DNA of 64,000 nt from Octopus sinensis (taxonomy: Eukaryota). The DNA lies in NCBI RefSeq assembly GCF_006345805.1, contig NC_043007.1, positions 75,826,001 through 75,890,000 on the forward strand, read 5' to 3'. Position 1 is the first letter of the stretch, and every line of letters begins with the position of its first letter. This document shows, piece by piece, positions 13,155 to 31,819 of the stretch. The notes under the pieces were generated by a model, which was given only the letters and a program-made list of their open reading frames with translations, did not search any database and was not told where the DNA came from. The translations under genes were made by a program, and so were the position numbers.

Positions 13155-13600
13155 GTAAGGTGGCCAGCTGGCAGAATTGTTAGCATACCCAGCAAAATAC
13201 TGAGTGGCCTTTTGTCCATCTTTACATTCTGAGTTCAGATTCTGCTGAGGTCATCTTTGTCTTTCATTCTTTCATGGTTGATAACATAGATACCTATTTC
13301 TTTATTACCCACAAGGGGCTAAACACAGAGGGGACAAACAAGGACAGACATAGGTATTAAGTCGATTACATCGACCCCAGTGCGTAACTGGTACTTAATT
13401 TATCGACCCCGAAAGGATGAAAGGCAAAGTCGACCTCGGCGGAATTTGAACTCACAACGTAACGCAGACGAAATACCGCTAAGCATTTCGCCCGGCGTGC
13501 TAACGTTTCTGCCAGCTCGCCGCCTTGATACCAGTTGAGCACTGGGGCTAAGTAATTGACTTACCTCATCCCCTAAACTAGCCTTGTGCTAAACTTGGAA
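13155..13600. mobile_element. Young family-B SINE (13293-13526, minus) nested in an older same-type SINE (plus)
   Basis: The inner copy matches 33801-34033 and is flanked by gatacc direct repeats. The outer copy starts aaggtggccagctggcagaa and resumes agttgagcactgggg. Confidence 0.8.
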
Positions 13601-13653
13601 ATCAATATATCTTTGATCAATATGCAACTGTTACAAAGAATGTCAATACTTAC

Positions 13654-13860
13654 CCACAGGCTTGCAATACATCCAAATACGGCAGATATGTAGGGCAGCT
13701 CTTCAGTGTTGACTCCATAGTAGGGTGAATAGAGTAGTTGTCTGCCAAACCAACGCTTTGTATTGAAGGCAACCAGTGAAGAAGCAAAACAAAAACCCCC
13801 AAGGACCAAATGCATTATACCTGTTAATGTTAACCCTGAGTATGTGTGACGAACAAGCAT
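13654..13860 (-). CDS. Gene 1 first coding exon of a CD20/MS4A-like 4-TM protein (MLVRHTYSGLTLTGIMHLVLGGFCFASSLVAFNTKRWFGRQLLYSPYYGVNTEELPYISAVFGCIASLW)
   Basis: Acceptor tttttttttgattttag at 13885, in-frame TAA upstream of aagATG, TGG|gtaagt donor. TM1-loop-TM2 ending in W at a phase-0 intron, as in MS4A-type genes. Confidence 0.85.
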
Positions 13861-13993
13861 CTTCAATAGTTATGTGAGACTTATCTAAAATCAAAAAAAA
13901 AGTTCAATACAAATGAAATAGAGAGGACATTTGCTGCTGGTTTTCAAACACTCTTAACTTACAAAAACCATTAACATAAAATATTCTCAGATG

Positions 13994-14035
13994 CAGTTAC
14001 TCAGAGTTTCACGTTCCCGTTCGTCGGACAGTTTT
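13994..14035 (-). ncRNA. Minimal type I hammerhead ribozyme-like motif (PLE repeat copy 1)
   Basis: AAAACUGU-CCGACGA-ACG(GGAA)CGU-GAAACUCUGAGUA-ACUG: core with U4C, palindromic helix III, helix I partly truncated. Confidence 0.6.
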
Positions 14036-17000
14036 GTTAAAATAGAACAGAAATAACAATATGTTCAAAACTAGTTAAAGGATACACCTTTAAAAATGGA
14101 TTTGTTTCATTGGTCCTTTCAACGGTCTTAAGCATGCGATAAACAAAATAAGCAAAAATAAATGAATTCAATATAAATTATAAATTATAAAAATCGAGGA
14201 ATAACCTTAAATCGAAGAGCGGATTCAAAATACATACTGTCATTAATTATATATGAAATATAATTCGATTAATACAATTAATACATTAAAAATTTTAATA
14301 TTTCACAACAGTATATACGTATACTAAACCATCAATATACATATATACATACAAATACACAGACCACATATATATGCAGACATATATATATGCAAGACGT
14401 AAATATACACACAAATACACATATACATATGTATACACAATCTTGCCCGCATGCAAAAATCACTTGGTGTATACATATAGACGAGAAGTAAAACGCAGAG
14501 AGGGGAAAGAAATAGAAAAAGAAAAGGTAACGATCTTATAAGCAACAGATAGCTAAAGAAGTAAGAGAAGGGGAGGGGGTGTACAATTACAGGACTCTAT
14601 ACAAGTAACGAATAGGGGGAGAAACAGTACTTTTCTTTAACGAAAGAAAGGAAAAAAGCAAGAAGTCTGAATATGCGTAACGAACTTACACAAAATAAAA
14701 TTACGTATACATGTGTATATAAAAGTGTATATTAGCAGTAAATACACATATAAGAACACATATATAAATATATAGAGATAAGTACGTATATACACAACCA
14801 CACAAATTCAAGTGAATACATACATACATATACATCCGTGTATGTATGTGCATAAGTATAAACATACATGCTTACTTACACATATACATAGGCACATACA
14901 TACGAATACATATGCAGGCTAACAATACAAATATTCACATAAAAACATGTCTAGGTCCTGAAATATATACAAACATCATTATTTTTAAAAAATTGCTGAG
15001 TGCATGATAATAAAATTTAGATAAAAGACATGCAAAATAGAACACCCTATATCGAATTATCTATAAATTAAACGGTTAAAATGGGCTTATAAAATACAAT
15101 AGAATGAAATAAAATAAAATAAAAGCAGAATCCTAAACAAGAAAATAATATTTGTATATAACATTCGAAGGTTTTCCTAAAGAAATATGTCGAAATATAC
15201 ATAATAACTTTGCGATGAGAAATAAATCATGCATAATAAGAAACAAATCCAACAGTGTGATTTGCTAGCCGACATCTTAAATTTAGCTGCATGCCTGCAA
15301 GAATTCAAGAGTTCGCTTCTTTGATTTAAAGAGTTATTGTTTGGGAATAAAATGAAATATTTCTCCAACAGGCATAAGTCGCACTTGATAGTTCTTTTAT
15401 GTGCACCGTGCCTGTACGGTGCAGCTCTATCCAAAATACTCCATGTCACATTGAAAGATCGGACTTCTTTTTCTTTTAATTCCCAGATATATTTCGCTAG
15501 GCTGGTTCTCGTCCTATTTTCGGGGTCTCTGAAGGAATTTTTATGCGAATAGAATCGGGTTTTAAAAGAATTTTCGGAAGCCCCTGTATAAGTTCTATAT
15601 TCGTGTGAGCCTTCTATCTGCACCTTGGCTCTATAAACGATTCCTTTCTCCAGACGTTTTCCTTCCAACGGACAGCAGGACCCATCATTGCAATTACAAT
15701 TTTTAAGAAGAGAATTGGCACTATGGTTATTAGCAATTATCCTACTGTTGTGTTGGCTAATGAAAAAGGCGAAGTTTCTGCAGTAATAATAGCTGATCTT
15801 AAGCGTTCTTCTATTAAATATTCTATAAAACTTATGGTCAGGTTGAAAATGTCTAGAGACTAATTTCAAGAATTCCCTACCTACATTTGTTTTTACGGCC
15901 AAATTGAAAGCTGGGTTGAACCACAAAACTTTCCTACTCCTAGTTCTACGTGTAGCATTACTGCTAGCATTAAGTAGGTTATACTGGATCTTCTCAGATG
16001 CGTTATTGTAACAAGGTGCAGCATTTTGGAATGTTGCCTCATCCGAAGAAATTGACGATATTCGTCTACCTACATGACTGACTAAGTTCCTAAGAATAAC
16101 TGGCGGATGATTTGATTCTTTGCTAATATATCATAGCTTATCATTAAGCTTACGGTAAGGTTTAAATCTATCCGACCTTCAATCCAAATTTACATCTAAA
16201 AAGATCTACACTTTTCAGGTTAGTATCTATCGTAACCCGTAAACCTATCCTTTGGAAGAAAGCAATAAGGTCCTTCCTAAGTTTATCTGATTCATGGCCG
16301 TTGAAATTATGAGTGACTATAAGGCCGTCATTCCTATATAAACCTGCGTCTATAATCGGGAATTCTAGTTTTAGATTGTGTAGAATATAAGCTCCTATGA
16401 GCATACATAACTCAGATCCGTCGTATGCCCTCATCGGTACATCGAAAAGAGAATCCTCATTCTTCTTAACCCAGGTGGAATCCTCGTAAAAAAGAAGTGA
16501 TTTCCTCGCATGTATAATAATATCTATTTCCGAGTTATCGATGTTGACATACTGCTTGGCGAAGTCTAATGCTTTTAGGAGTAAAGGCCTAGATACTGAC
16601 GAGTAAAAGTCAATAATATCAAACTGCATAAAATTGCAGTTATACTTATAGTTAATCTCTTTGAATCAATCTATAACTGACTTACTATTCTTCCAAATTC
16701 TCAAATCTAATTCACTATCTAACTTAGCTAAAATACGGTCCAAAATATATTTGCTAATAATGCCTATTTCAGTTTTAGCCGGATAAATCTATCTACACTT
16801 AGGGTTTCTATGATGGACTTTTAGGGTAATAAAAGCGGATTGCGGGGAAAGATATTCTATCCTATCGCTAATCTTAAGATTGTTAGCTATTCTTCTTGCT
16901 TCCAAATTCACCTCTTTGTATATATTTGTGTTATCTTTTTTGTATGTATCCGTGATGCTATTCGAAATTAGACACTTGCAAACTCCTTTATCAAGTGCAT

Positions 17001-17148
17001 GTTTCTTGTCTTATCAGAAATAACGAAGATCTTATTCGAGTTGTTAATTTCCTTAATTTTTTTCCTTCATAAAGAAGGTGGAAAAAAGAGTACTCAAATA
17101 CCAAAGGTAGAGTAATATGCTCTATTTAAAAGCAGCAGAAATATAAGA

Positions 17149-17194
17149 AAAACTGTTACTCAGATTTTCACGTTCCCGTTCGTCGGACAGTTTT
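17149..17194 (-). ncRNA. Minimal hammerhead ribozyme-like motif (PLE repeat copy 2)
   Basis: Full 8-bp helix I (AAAACUGU/ACAGUUUU) but GAAAC is mutated to GAAAA. Confidence 0.55.
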
Positions 17195-17481
17195 GTTTTC
17201 CACCTTGTTTTACATTTATGTGCTTACTCCGGTGTAACCCGCTCCTTTTTAGAAAAAAATTGAGCGACTCTACACAAGTAGAAAGGAGAAACAGCTAAAA
17301 AAGATGGAACTTTACCCACTGGATTTTTCTCAGAAAAATATACAAATATACATTCATATACATATATATATATACAAATATATATGCATATATATAAATA
17401 CACATATATACATATATATATATACATACATATATACATACATATATATATATACATACATATATATATATCTCTTCTCTC

Positions 17482-17859
17482 TCTATATAAACGGCAGTTT
17501 GTCTGTGCGTGTTTCTGTGTGTCTGTTTGCTTGTACCCTCACCCTGACCACGGCTTTCAACCGATTCTGATGAAACTTGACACACACATAGCCCAATGTC
17601 ATAATTCAAAACTAACGCAGCGAAAATTTTGAAAAGTTCCCCCAGTTCTGAAAAAAACCGATAAATTCGACATGGGGTCGAGAATCAGGAATACGAACCA
17701 CAAATAGTCTAGGGGACGCAACTCTACCTTTTTTAAATCTCAAAAAAAATTTACCATCATTTTTTTCCATTTTTTTGCTATTTTTTGGCTATAACTCTCT
17801 AAAAATGCTTTATAGTTATTTCCCTTACAAACCTGAGCAACGCCGGGCGATACTGCTAG
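17482..17859 (+). mobile_element. Non-autonomous Helitron (truncated copy at about 63662-63870)
   Basis: 5' TC start (tctatataaacgg), 3' GC-rich hairpin cctgagcaacgccggg, CTAG end followed by T. Confidence 0.7.
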
Positions 17860-17875
17860 TACATATATATATACA

Positions 17876-17989
<114 letters not shown>

Positions 17990-18593
17990 CTTATATATAT
18001 GCATATATACCTATATACCGGAGTAAGCACATAAATGTGAAACAAGGTGGAAAAAAAGAGTACTCGAGTACCAGAGTACTCAAATACCAGTTTTGTTAAA
18101 ATAGAACAGGAACAACGATATGATCAAAACTAGTTAAAGGATATACCTTTAAAAATGGATTTGCTTCATTGATCTTTCAAATAAATTTATCAATATGATA
18201 AGCGTCTAATTAAGATACTCTTATTATATTGATAAATTTAAAATCTAGATAGATTAACAGAATCGTTGAAATTAGTAATTTAGTTTGCTTATCAATATTA
18301 GTTAGATCCTGTTATTATTTTGACTTTGATCGTTGTTATTATATTTATTGTTATTGACTGGTTTGGTAGAGGACTGGTGATTGTGATTGTACATCTTCAT
18401 AGTGTATTGTTCTTTGGTTCTAATATTTTTGCACCTTTCTTTAATTTGGGGTTGATAGGTTTTCTTACTTTCCATTAACATATTATTCTCGCTATTATAT
18501 CTTTTTTATATATTTTATATATATTGATAGATATTACTTACGATAGATATTAATTATTATATCTCTCTCTTTTTTTATTATAATATTTTATAT

Positions 18594-18710
<117 letters not shown>

Positions 18711-19076
18711 TAATCCAAACAAGAAAACAAAAAGACAACAACGCAAGGATGTGGAACAAATAAAGTATTATTGGACGCTCAGGAAAGAAGGGAAGAAGGT
18801 GGCTTATGTATTTGTAATACTAAATTTAAGTTAATTAGGTATTATATTATTTGATATTTAGTCAATTTTGTTATAGATTGTTATATTAAATCTTTAGATA
18901 CTACACATGTATATTTATTATTTGGTTAGCTTATTTAAGGAGTTTGTCTATATTTGAAATATTTCTTACTTTGATTACAATTTAATGACTTCTACTAGCT
19001 TTGTGTATTTTATTTAATTTTTAGGTATTTAATTATTTATGTATTATTTTATTTTTCCCTTATGTATATTTAGAAT

Positions 19077-19136
<60 letters not shown>

Positions 19137-19177
19137 GCATATTTATTAATTAATTATTCTATTGTTCTAGTTTATTT

Positions 19178-19268
19178 TTAACCTGATGAGCGACTACATT
19201 TATATCGAAGTGATTTCTCTACAACTATAATCATTTCTTAAATATAGCCACGAAACACATGTCATTTT
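19178..19268 (+). ncRNA. Degenerate minimal hammerhead-like motif in a PLE-type terminal fragment
   Basis: CTGATGAG, imperfect stem II (gcgactacattt/aaatatagccac), then GAAAC-ACAT-GTC. Confidence 0.45.
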
Positions 19269-19424
19269 TCTACCTATTATATACGTTTTTATTAATATTT
19301 TTTGCAATTTACTTAATCTTTACACTTAATTGTTATTCTAATTTTAATTTTTCTATTACATGTAATTTTCTAGATGGTGTAATTTAATTGTTCATTTTGA
19401 ATTGATAAAAGGTGTTATTTTCTA

Positions 19425-19465
<41 letters not shown>

Positions 19466-19954
19466 ACCTCATTTCTGTTTACATTCTGTGAATAATCTTC
19501 TTTCAATTTCTGTTGCAGCGCCCATTTCGCTTTTATCAATTTCTCACTCTATCTCTATAAAATTATTCAGAAATCCTTTTCATTTGTTTAAAATTGTTTC
19601 ATTTTAAAAAATTATTTAGAAATATAGAGAACCTTTATATATATTTATATATATATTTATTTATTTGTTACTTTATTTATATATTGTGCTATCCAAGTAG
19701 AATCTTTTGCATAACTTCTTCTCTTTCATTACTTTCTCTCTCTTTCTGTCTCTTCACCTCTCTCTGTCACACCATCTTTGTCCTCTTAGCCTCTCAATCT
19801 TCCCAAATATATAGACGCGAACATTAGAAATATAATCGTAATTAGTTTAGAAAACTTTCGTAGTTACAGATAGGTATATATTTATAATTAGTTTAGAAGA
19901 GAACTTTCGTAGTTGCAGATAGGTATATATTTATTTGTTACTATATATATATAT

Positions 19955-24506
<4,552 letters not shown>

Positions 24507-24561
24507 TATATATATACATATATACACATATATATATACATATGTATATATATATGTATAT

Positions 24562-24594
<33 letters not shown>

Positions 24595-24645
24595 CATATA
24601 TACACATATATATATACATATATACACATATATATATGTATATAT

Positions 24646-24690
<45 letters not shown>

Positions 24691-25805
24691 CACTAGCTTA
24701 AGGTGACCCGCTCTACGCGCGGGTAAGAGTGTGGTTGTTATTTTCTGTTGCATCCTTTTGGCACGTAAAAAGCACCATCCGAACGTGGCCGATGGCAGCG
24801 CCGCCTCGACTGGCTTCTGTGCCGGTGGCACGTAAAAAGCACCAACCGATTGTGGCCGCTGCCAGCGCCCCTTCCCCGTGGCACCTGTGCCGGTGGCACG
24901 AAAAAAGCATCCACTACAATCACGGAGTGGTTGGCGTTAGGAAGGGCATCCAGCTGTAGAAACACTGCCAGATCATACTGGAGCCTGGTGCAGCCTCCTG
25001 GCTTCCCAGACCCCGGTTAAACCGTCCAACCCGTGCTAGCACGGAAAACGGACGTTAAACGATGATGATGATGATGATGATTCCCCCTCTTTGTTTCTCT
25101 CTCCCTTTCCCACTCTCTTACTCTTCCTTTCTCTCGGACTCTCCCTCGCTTTCTCTTACTCTCTATCTTTCTTTATCTTTCTCCCATTTACAAACAACAA
25201 AAGATCTTGAATAAGTTGAGAAAGAAAGTAGTTTGAAAGGTCAATCATAAATATCAGGCAGTGACAACGGAAAGGTCTGCTTCAAGGCAGAAAGCAAAAC
25301 ATTAACATTTAAAAGGGACAGACGAACTTGCGAGCTGAATAAAAAAAAAAAAAATTGGAAACCAAAGTTTGAAAGGATAGAATCTGAGGATAGTAGAGTG
25401 AAGGGGAGTTAGACGCTATTAGACGACGTTATATATAGAAAGTGATGGGAAGGGAGGAAAGATGGTGAGTGACGGAGGAAGACAGATACATAAAATAATG
25501 AGAGTAGACTTGTCAAAGTGCGTTTTTGGTCCAAGCAACGACACCTTTTAAGATGGGGACTTCTAACCTAGCCCACTGGCATCGTCACCTCATTTTACAT
25601 GTCCCTGTAAATTTTGGAGTCAATCCGACGGGGTCTAGTGGCCTTTAACCCGTTCTCAATGCCAAAACCAGGCAAACAAACAAACAAACAAACTTTCCGC
25701 ATTTCAGTTTTATAAATAGATATATATATATCCATATGTATATATACATATATATATACATATGTATACAAACATGTATATTATATATACATATATATAT
25801 ACATA

Positions 25806-27096
25806 CGAGGGGCGTCCAATAAGTAATGCCTCTGACCCACTTGCAGTTGTTTGATCTAGCTGAAATTGTGCATGTGCAATTATTTATATCTCTATAGATT
25901 AAGTGGCAAATTACAGCTCTGAACTAATTGTGGTTTCCGATTTACAGGTGTTTGAACTGAGTCAAGTGTGAAATAGAGCATGTTGAGTGTCGAGCAGTGA
26001 TCCGGTTTTTGTATTTGAAAGGACGCACACCACGGGAGACTTTTGATGAAATGAAAGTAACTTATGGTGATGATGCCCCATCATATGACCTTGTAAAAGG
26101 CTGGCATCATGAATTCAAACATGGTCGGAACTCTGTGGAAACAGCTCCCAGAACTGGTCGCCCCCTTCTGCCATTGATGAGGCATCTGTCTGTCAAGTTG
26201 AGGCTGCCATTTTGGAAGATCGACGCATAACTATTCGCCAAATATCCCATGAGGTCAAGATTAGTACCGGGTCTGTGGAAACGATCATTCATGACCATTT
26301 GCATATGCAAAAGGTGTCTGCCAGATGGATTCCCAGGTTGCTCACACCTTTCCAGAAGCAAGAACGCGTCGATTGCTCGAGGATGAATTTGGAGATGTGC
26401 CAAGAAGATGAGTCAAAATTTTTCAAAAGACTGATTGCATAGGATAAAACCTGGGTCCATCACTATGATCCATAGACCAAAGCCCAGTCAATGCAGTGGA
26501 AGCACCGTGACTCACCTCCTCCAAAGAAAGCAAGGGTGCAGCCCTCCGCTGGCAAGATCATGCTTACAGTCTTCTGGGACCAGGACGGAGTAGTGAAGAC
26601 AGATTTCCTGGCAAAGGGTGCCACAATTACAGGAGTCTATTATGCTTCACTTTTGAGGAAATTAAGAGAAGCTATCAAAATCAAGAGGCGGGGCAAGATC
26701 AGCAAAGGCATCCTCCTCCTGCAGGACAACGCTCCGATCCACAACTCGCGTGTTGCCAGATCAGAAGCACAGGCGTGCGGCTATGAACTCATCCCCCATC
26801 CCCCCTACTCTCCTGACCTTGCACCCTCTGATTTTCATCTCTTCCCAGCCATGAAGTTGTTTTTGAAAGGAAAGCGTTTCCCAGATGATGCAGCCTTGAT
26901 TTCTGAAGTCACGTCGTGGTTGGAGGACCAAGCTGGGGTCTTCTACAAAAACGGTCTTCAGAGCTGCATCAAACGATGGGAGAAATGCGTAACTCTGGGT
27001 GGTTCCTATGTAGAAAAAGACTAATAACTGTTCCAAGTTTCGTTGCTCTACTGCTATGGGAAGTGGGTCAGGGGCATTACTTATTGAACGCCCCTC

Positions 27097-27097
<1 letters not shown>
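25806..27097 (+). mobile_element. Full-length mariner (irritans/Hsmar2-like), inactive D34D transposase
   Basis: TIRs cgaggggcgt(c/t)caataagtaatgcc(t/c)ctgacccactt and a TA duplication. Motifs WIPRLL, LLQDNAPIH, YSPDLAPSDF. Start codon ATA, one frameshift, two TAG stops. Confidence 0.95.
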
Positions 27098-27174
<77 letters not shown>

Positions 27175-28190
27175 TGTTCAATGTATTACCAAAATCATAT
27201 CAGCTACGCAAATGGTCATCCCTAAACGCCATTAAAAACATTTTATGATAATCTGATTACTCTCTCAGGAAATTCACGTCGTTCTCTTTGAGTATATAAA
27301 ATCAAGACCTGCTATACACATAAAATTCGTTAATTTTTTTTAAACACCTAAACTACATGTTATACACATAAATGAATACATTTTGATCAAAGTGGTAAAA
27401 GAGGCATGTGTCTTGCTATCTCTTCGTATATCTTTGGTTGCTCTAGATACAAAGTTTGACATATATGTGAAGAAGTCGATAAAATTAAAATAATTACCTG
27501 TTGAAGTTTGTATTACCGTTCTATTGCCACACAGGAAAATATGGTTGGTAAAAATTTTCTTTTAAAAATGCAGATACCAGTCACAATTATAACTGATAGA
27601 ATAATGTGACAGTAAAGAAATTTATGAATCGCAGTATTAAAGCAGGAAAAAAGTGTATACTATTATGTTGTTTGTATCTGTCTACATATATTACGTATAC
27701 TTTTCAATTGAAAAGAAAAATACAATACACAACATGCGCACGCATGTCACCTTTACATACATTATATTCTCCTTCACACAAATGTATGTATCTATGTACA
27801 TACGTATATATTCATGTGTGTATGTGTGTGTGTGTGGGGGGTTGTCTCAAATGCAAAGTTGTTTTGACAATCGCTACCGTTTCATTTCTTTTTAACTATA
27901 AAAGGCTGACTTCCATTACATCATCGGAATGTAAAACGTTAAGGTTATTTATTTATTCACCTGTTCATATCCGGTTAGAGCAATCTTTACCTTTCATACT
28001 AGCGTTGCCAATTGTCGGTTTAAAATTACTATAAGGTATCCTACGATGTTGAAATAAAAAGCTGATCAAGTAATTAAAGAGAACTAGCTAATTTGGTACT
28101 GGCGTAACCACATCGAAACGATTGTACAAATTGATTTCCGTAAAATATGTAAACACTGAATCGGCCATACATACATACATACATACATAC

Positions 28191-28231
<41 letters not shown>

Positions 28232-28567
28232 CATACATACACATACACCGAGTAACAATTTTCAGTTATCTCTCTCTTTCACACATTACTCTCTCTGTCT
28301 CTTCGCACACACTAACAGAAGCACTTCACTTACACATCATACTGTCTGTCTCGCACACCCCATCAAACACACACACGGGGACTTCAAAGAGAAACTTCCA
28401 CGTCATAAAATCGCTTCCTCTTAGTCTCTTTCGCTCTCATTACTTATGTAAAAAAATAGAATTTTTTTACGGAAATCGACGGAAGCGTGTGCTACGACAA
28501 CCGAAACATCGCCCTGAAGCGATTCAACTGGAGTCATTATGTATTAAAATGGCTATGTGTCTTCCGT

Positions 28568-28885
28568 GAAGGCGCGGGTTTAGTCGTTAGAGTATTCGGC
28601 TGACGATGATATGGTCTCGAGTTCAATTCTCGGTGACGTGTTGTGTCCTTGAGCAAGTTATTTTACTTCACGTTGCTACAGTCCATTCAACTGGCAAAAA
28701 AAAAAGAGTAATACCTGTACTTTAAAGGGCCAGCCTTGTCACACGCTGTGTCATGCAGAATCTCCCCGAGAACTACACGTGTGTGTGTGGAGTGCTTAAC
28801 CATTTACACGTTGATTTCACGAGCAGGCTCTTCCGTTGATCTGATCAACTGGAACCCTCGTTGTCTTAACCGAAAGAGTACTAGT
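28568..28885 (+). mobile_element. Degenerate tRNA-SINE
   Basis: aaggcgcgggtttagtcgttag..cgagttcaattc head. The body resembles the 41100-41280 SINE tail. Confidence 0.6.
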
Positions 28886-30415
28886 TATGTGTCTTCCACG
28901 CTGCAGTCGCTGTAGTTTCAATACACACTCTTTAACCAACTCACCTTCCTGGCAAATACAGCACAGAAATTCCCTGAATCAAAAAGTTTTAATAGACTAA
29001 AGATACCTCTTATTGAGAGGTGTGTAGCGAACTCTAGTGAACTTCCTCTCTCTCTATTACATATACATACATACGAACGTAGCAGGTAACAGCTAACCTT
29101 TGGACGCTGTTTTGGACCCTGTTGTGTCTACCACTCAGATTGCTTTATATTGGTGCAATTTGTCTCTTACTCCATCGCATGCCAACCGATCGCAGCCTCC
29201 AAATAAATCACGTGAGATAGTCTGTTCTAAATTGCATTTGAGCCTACCGTTAGCTATATAAACTCACCTCCTCCTAGCCTCGAAGTCTGTTGGTTCCAGA
29301 CCTTCTAAGGTCTAACCGCTGACCACATACAGCGACCTCCATCTTCGTCACCACCATCATGTCTCTCACCAGAGCCGTCACAGCACCAACACACTGCACT
29401 GGTTCTAACATATCACTATTTGTGAACTTTTCTCACCAGGGTTAACAGCTAACATACAACCCACGCAGATGCATGTAGATATGAATAAATGTACATCAAC
29501 CACTTCCATTTATCATTCAGTTTGTGTATATGTATATGTGGCCGGCATTAAAGACATTTAAAGTTACCACCTTGTTCCATATATTTCTTTATACCGGGTT
29601 TCTTGTCAAATGATACTACAGCTTTCTGAGTAGAGTCACATTAGATGGCTCCACAACCATATCCATCTAAAAGTGAAAAATGCTTTAGGTTGATGCTTAA
29701 TTTTGATGGGGAAATATTTTATTGGTTACACTCAACGCGTTAAAAACAACTTAACCATTGATTTTAACAAAAAGATATTTATAAATATCATCATCATCAT
29801 CATCATTTAATACCCGTTTTCCATACTGGCATGGGTTGGACGAACTGACAGGCACACCATGTCTGTTTGATATGGTTTATACAGCCGGATGCTACTCCTA
29901 ACGTCAACCACCTTACAGAATATACTTTATAAGTGGCACTAACACCAGTACTTTTTACATCGCTCCAGCACCGGTGCTTTTTATGTGGCCCTATAATCGA
30001 CAAGGTCACCAAGTATCTTGCAAAACAAGAACCCCCACTGGGATGTGGGATGTGGGGGTGGATTTGTGCCACCCCCACATTAAAGGTAAAAAGGGACAGA
30101 GATAGGTGTCTTACTGTAGAGTGAATACATAGATATCCCAGTTGGAAAAGAAAAGAGAGCGATAGTGAGAGGGATTGTGGTGAAACTATGTCAGGAAATG
30201 CCCTCGAGGGACATTGGAGATCGTGAGAATAAGTGAAGTAATAAAGAAGTTTGAATTGGGTGGATGGATAGGATAGGAGTGATTCTAGCAAATGATGGCG
30301 AGAAATAACGTGGATGCTCAGGGGTGCGGGTTTCTAGTTCTGTTACAGAATCTGGTTATCAGGTCCATACATACATACATACATACATACATACATACAT
30401 ACATACATACATACA

Positions 30416-30447
<32 letters not shown>

Positions 30448-30871
30448 GACAAGGGTAGTAGGCAGCATCAGCGTTGTTAGAAATTATTAGCCACAATAGC
30501 ACTAAAACTTAACAAGCTGACGAAGTCAGGGAAGCGAGAAAAACAACCAGCATACCAAAGCGAGCGACAATCGCAAATGAAATTGCAGATATACCCATAT
30601 CACATGATTTCGAACTCGTTTTGATATGTTGGCTATTTTTCTCGCTCCCCCGATTTCGTCTGCTTGTTAACTTCTATTGTGGTTAATTGAGTCTCTTTTG
30701 ACTCTGGTGCTATCTAGTACCCTTGTTTATAAATTTGCCTTCTGTTTTTTTTTGGGTTTTTTTTTGCTAACTGGCCACCTATATTATTATTTATTATTAA
30801 TAATAAAATCTTTATTCATGTGTGTGTGTATTGAAAAATGTGTGACATCCTTGGTACAGTTAGGTATACTC

Positions 30872-31276
30872 TTTACTCTTTTACTCTTTTACTTGTTTCA
30901 GTCATTTTGACTGCGGCCATGCTGGAGAACCGCCTTTTAGTCGAGCAAATCGACCCCGGGGCTTATTCTTTGTAAGCCCAGTACTTATTCTATCGGGTCT
31001 TTTGCCGAACCGCTAAGTGACGGGGACGTAAACACACCAGCATCGGTTGTCAAGCAATGCTAGGGGGACAAACACAGACACATAAACACACACACATATA
31101 AACATATATACGACAGGCTTCTTTCAGTTTCCGTCTACCAAATCCACTCACAAGGCATTGGTCGGCCCGGGGCTATAGCAGAAGACACTTGCCCAAGATG
31201 CCACGCAGTGGGACTGAACCCGGAACCATGTGGCTGGTTAGCAAGCTACTTACCACACAGCCACTCCTGCGCCTGT
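30872..31276 (-). mobile_element. Family-A SINE (other copies at about 39470-39838, 41972-42365, 44012-44160 minus; 10960-11120 and 52776-53205 plus)
   Basis: High identity to 2375-2772. Confidence 0.9.
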
Positions 31277-31299
31277 ATATTTGAAGATGGAAAAGAATG

Positions 31300-31770
31300 A
31301 CTGCATTAGTAGTTCAAATCAATTTAATTTTTTAATAATATAACTTTACAGCTTGGTTTGTAGATCTAGTAAGTTCTTTGTTAACTTCGATGGGGAGATT
31401 TTTTAAAGATTTCTTGTTAACTTTGCTGGAGAACTTTCCCCCTCCCAACTCCACTCTCAATCAATTATGGTTGTTTTTACCACTCACTATTTTCTTTCAG
31501 CTCTTGTTCATCAACACTCCATCACTCCCACACATTTTAATAAATCCCAACCTCACCCCAGACACACCTAAATCTCTTATGTATAGAATCACACAGCACA
31601 ACACAACCTGAAATCAGTTTGACAGTCGCTACCGATGAATGCGAGAAAGTTCTCTAGCAAAGTTAACAAGGAATCTTTAAAAGATCCCCCGAAATTAACA
31701 AAGAACTTACTAGATCTACAGACCCAAATTATATCATTAAAAAATTAAATTGATTAGAACTACCAGTGAA
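31300..31770. mobile_element. Foldback/MITE-like element with long imperfect TIRs (about 130 bp)
   Basis: 31300-31430 is the reverse complement of 31645-31770 (e.g. tgtagatctagtaagttctttgttaa / ttaacaaagaacttactagatctaca). Confidence 0.65.
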
Positions 31771-31819
31771 GTCATTCTTTTCATATATATATATATATAT
31801 TATATTATATTATATATAT

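Larger units (their letters stand above)
13994..17233 (-). mobile_element. Penelope-like retroelement, degenerate RT plus GIY-YIG ORF, with terminal direct repeats
   Basis: 16629-16168 reads FDIIDFY..FDVPMRAYDGSELC..LYRNDG (RT). 15926-15177 reads WFNP..VKTNVG..GIVYRAKV..TYTGASENSFKTRF..CDLCLLEK (GIY-YIG). The same repeat is at about 14000 and about 17160. Confidence 0.9.

Noticed and set aside
13820-13821. Internal aacag as the acceptor for the gene 1 TM1 exon
   Set aside because: A stronger acceptor at 13885, an upstream in-frame stop and aagATG give a better model. It remains a possible minor site.
27498-27600. CAG|gtaatt donor as a 5' UTR exon of gene 1 (also a 17-nt candidate near 44893-44909)
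   Set aside because: Splice motifs alone in non-coding DNA are not enough without transcript data.
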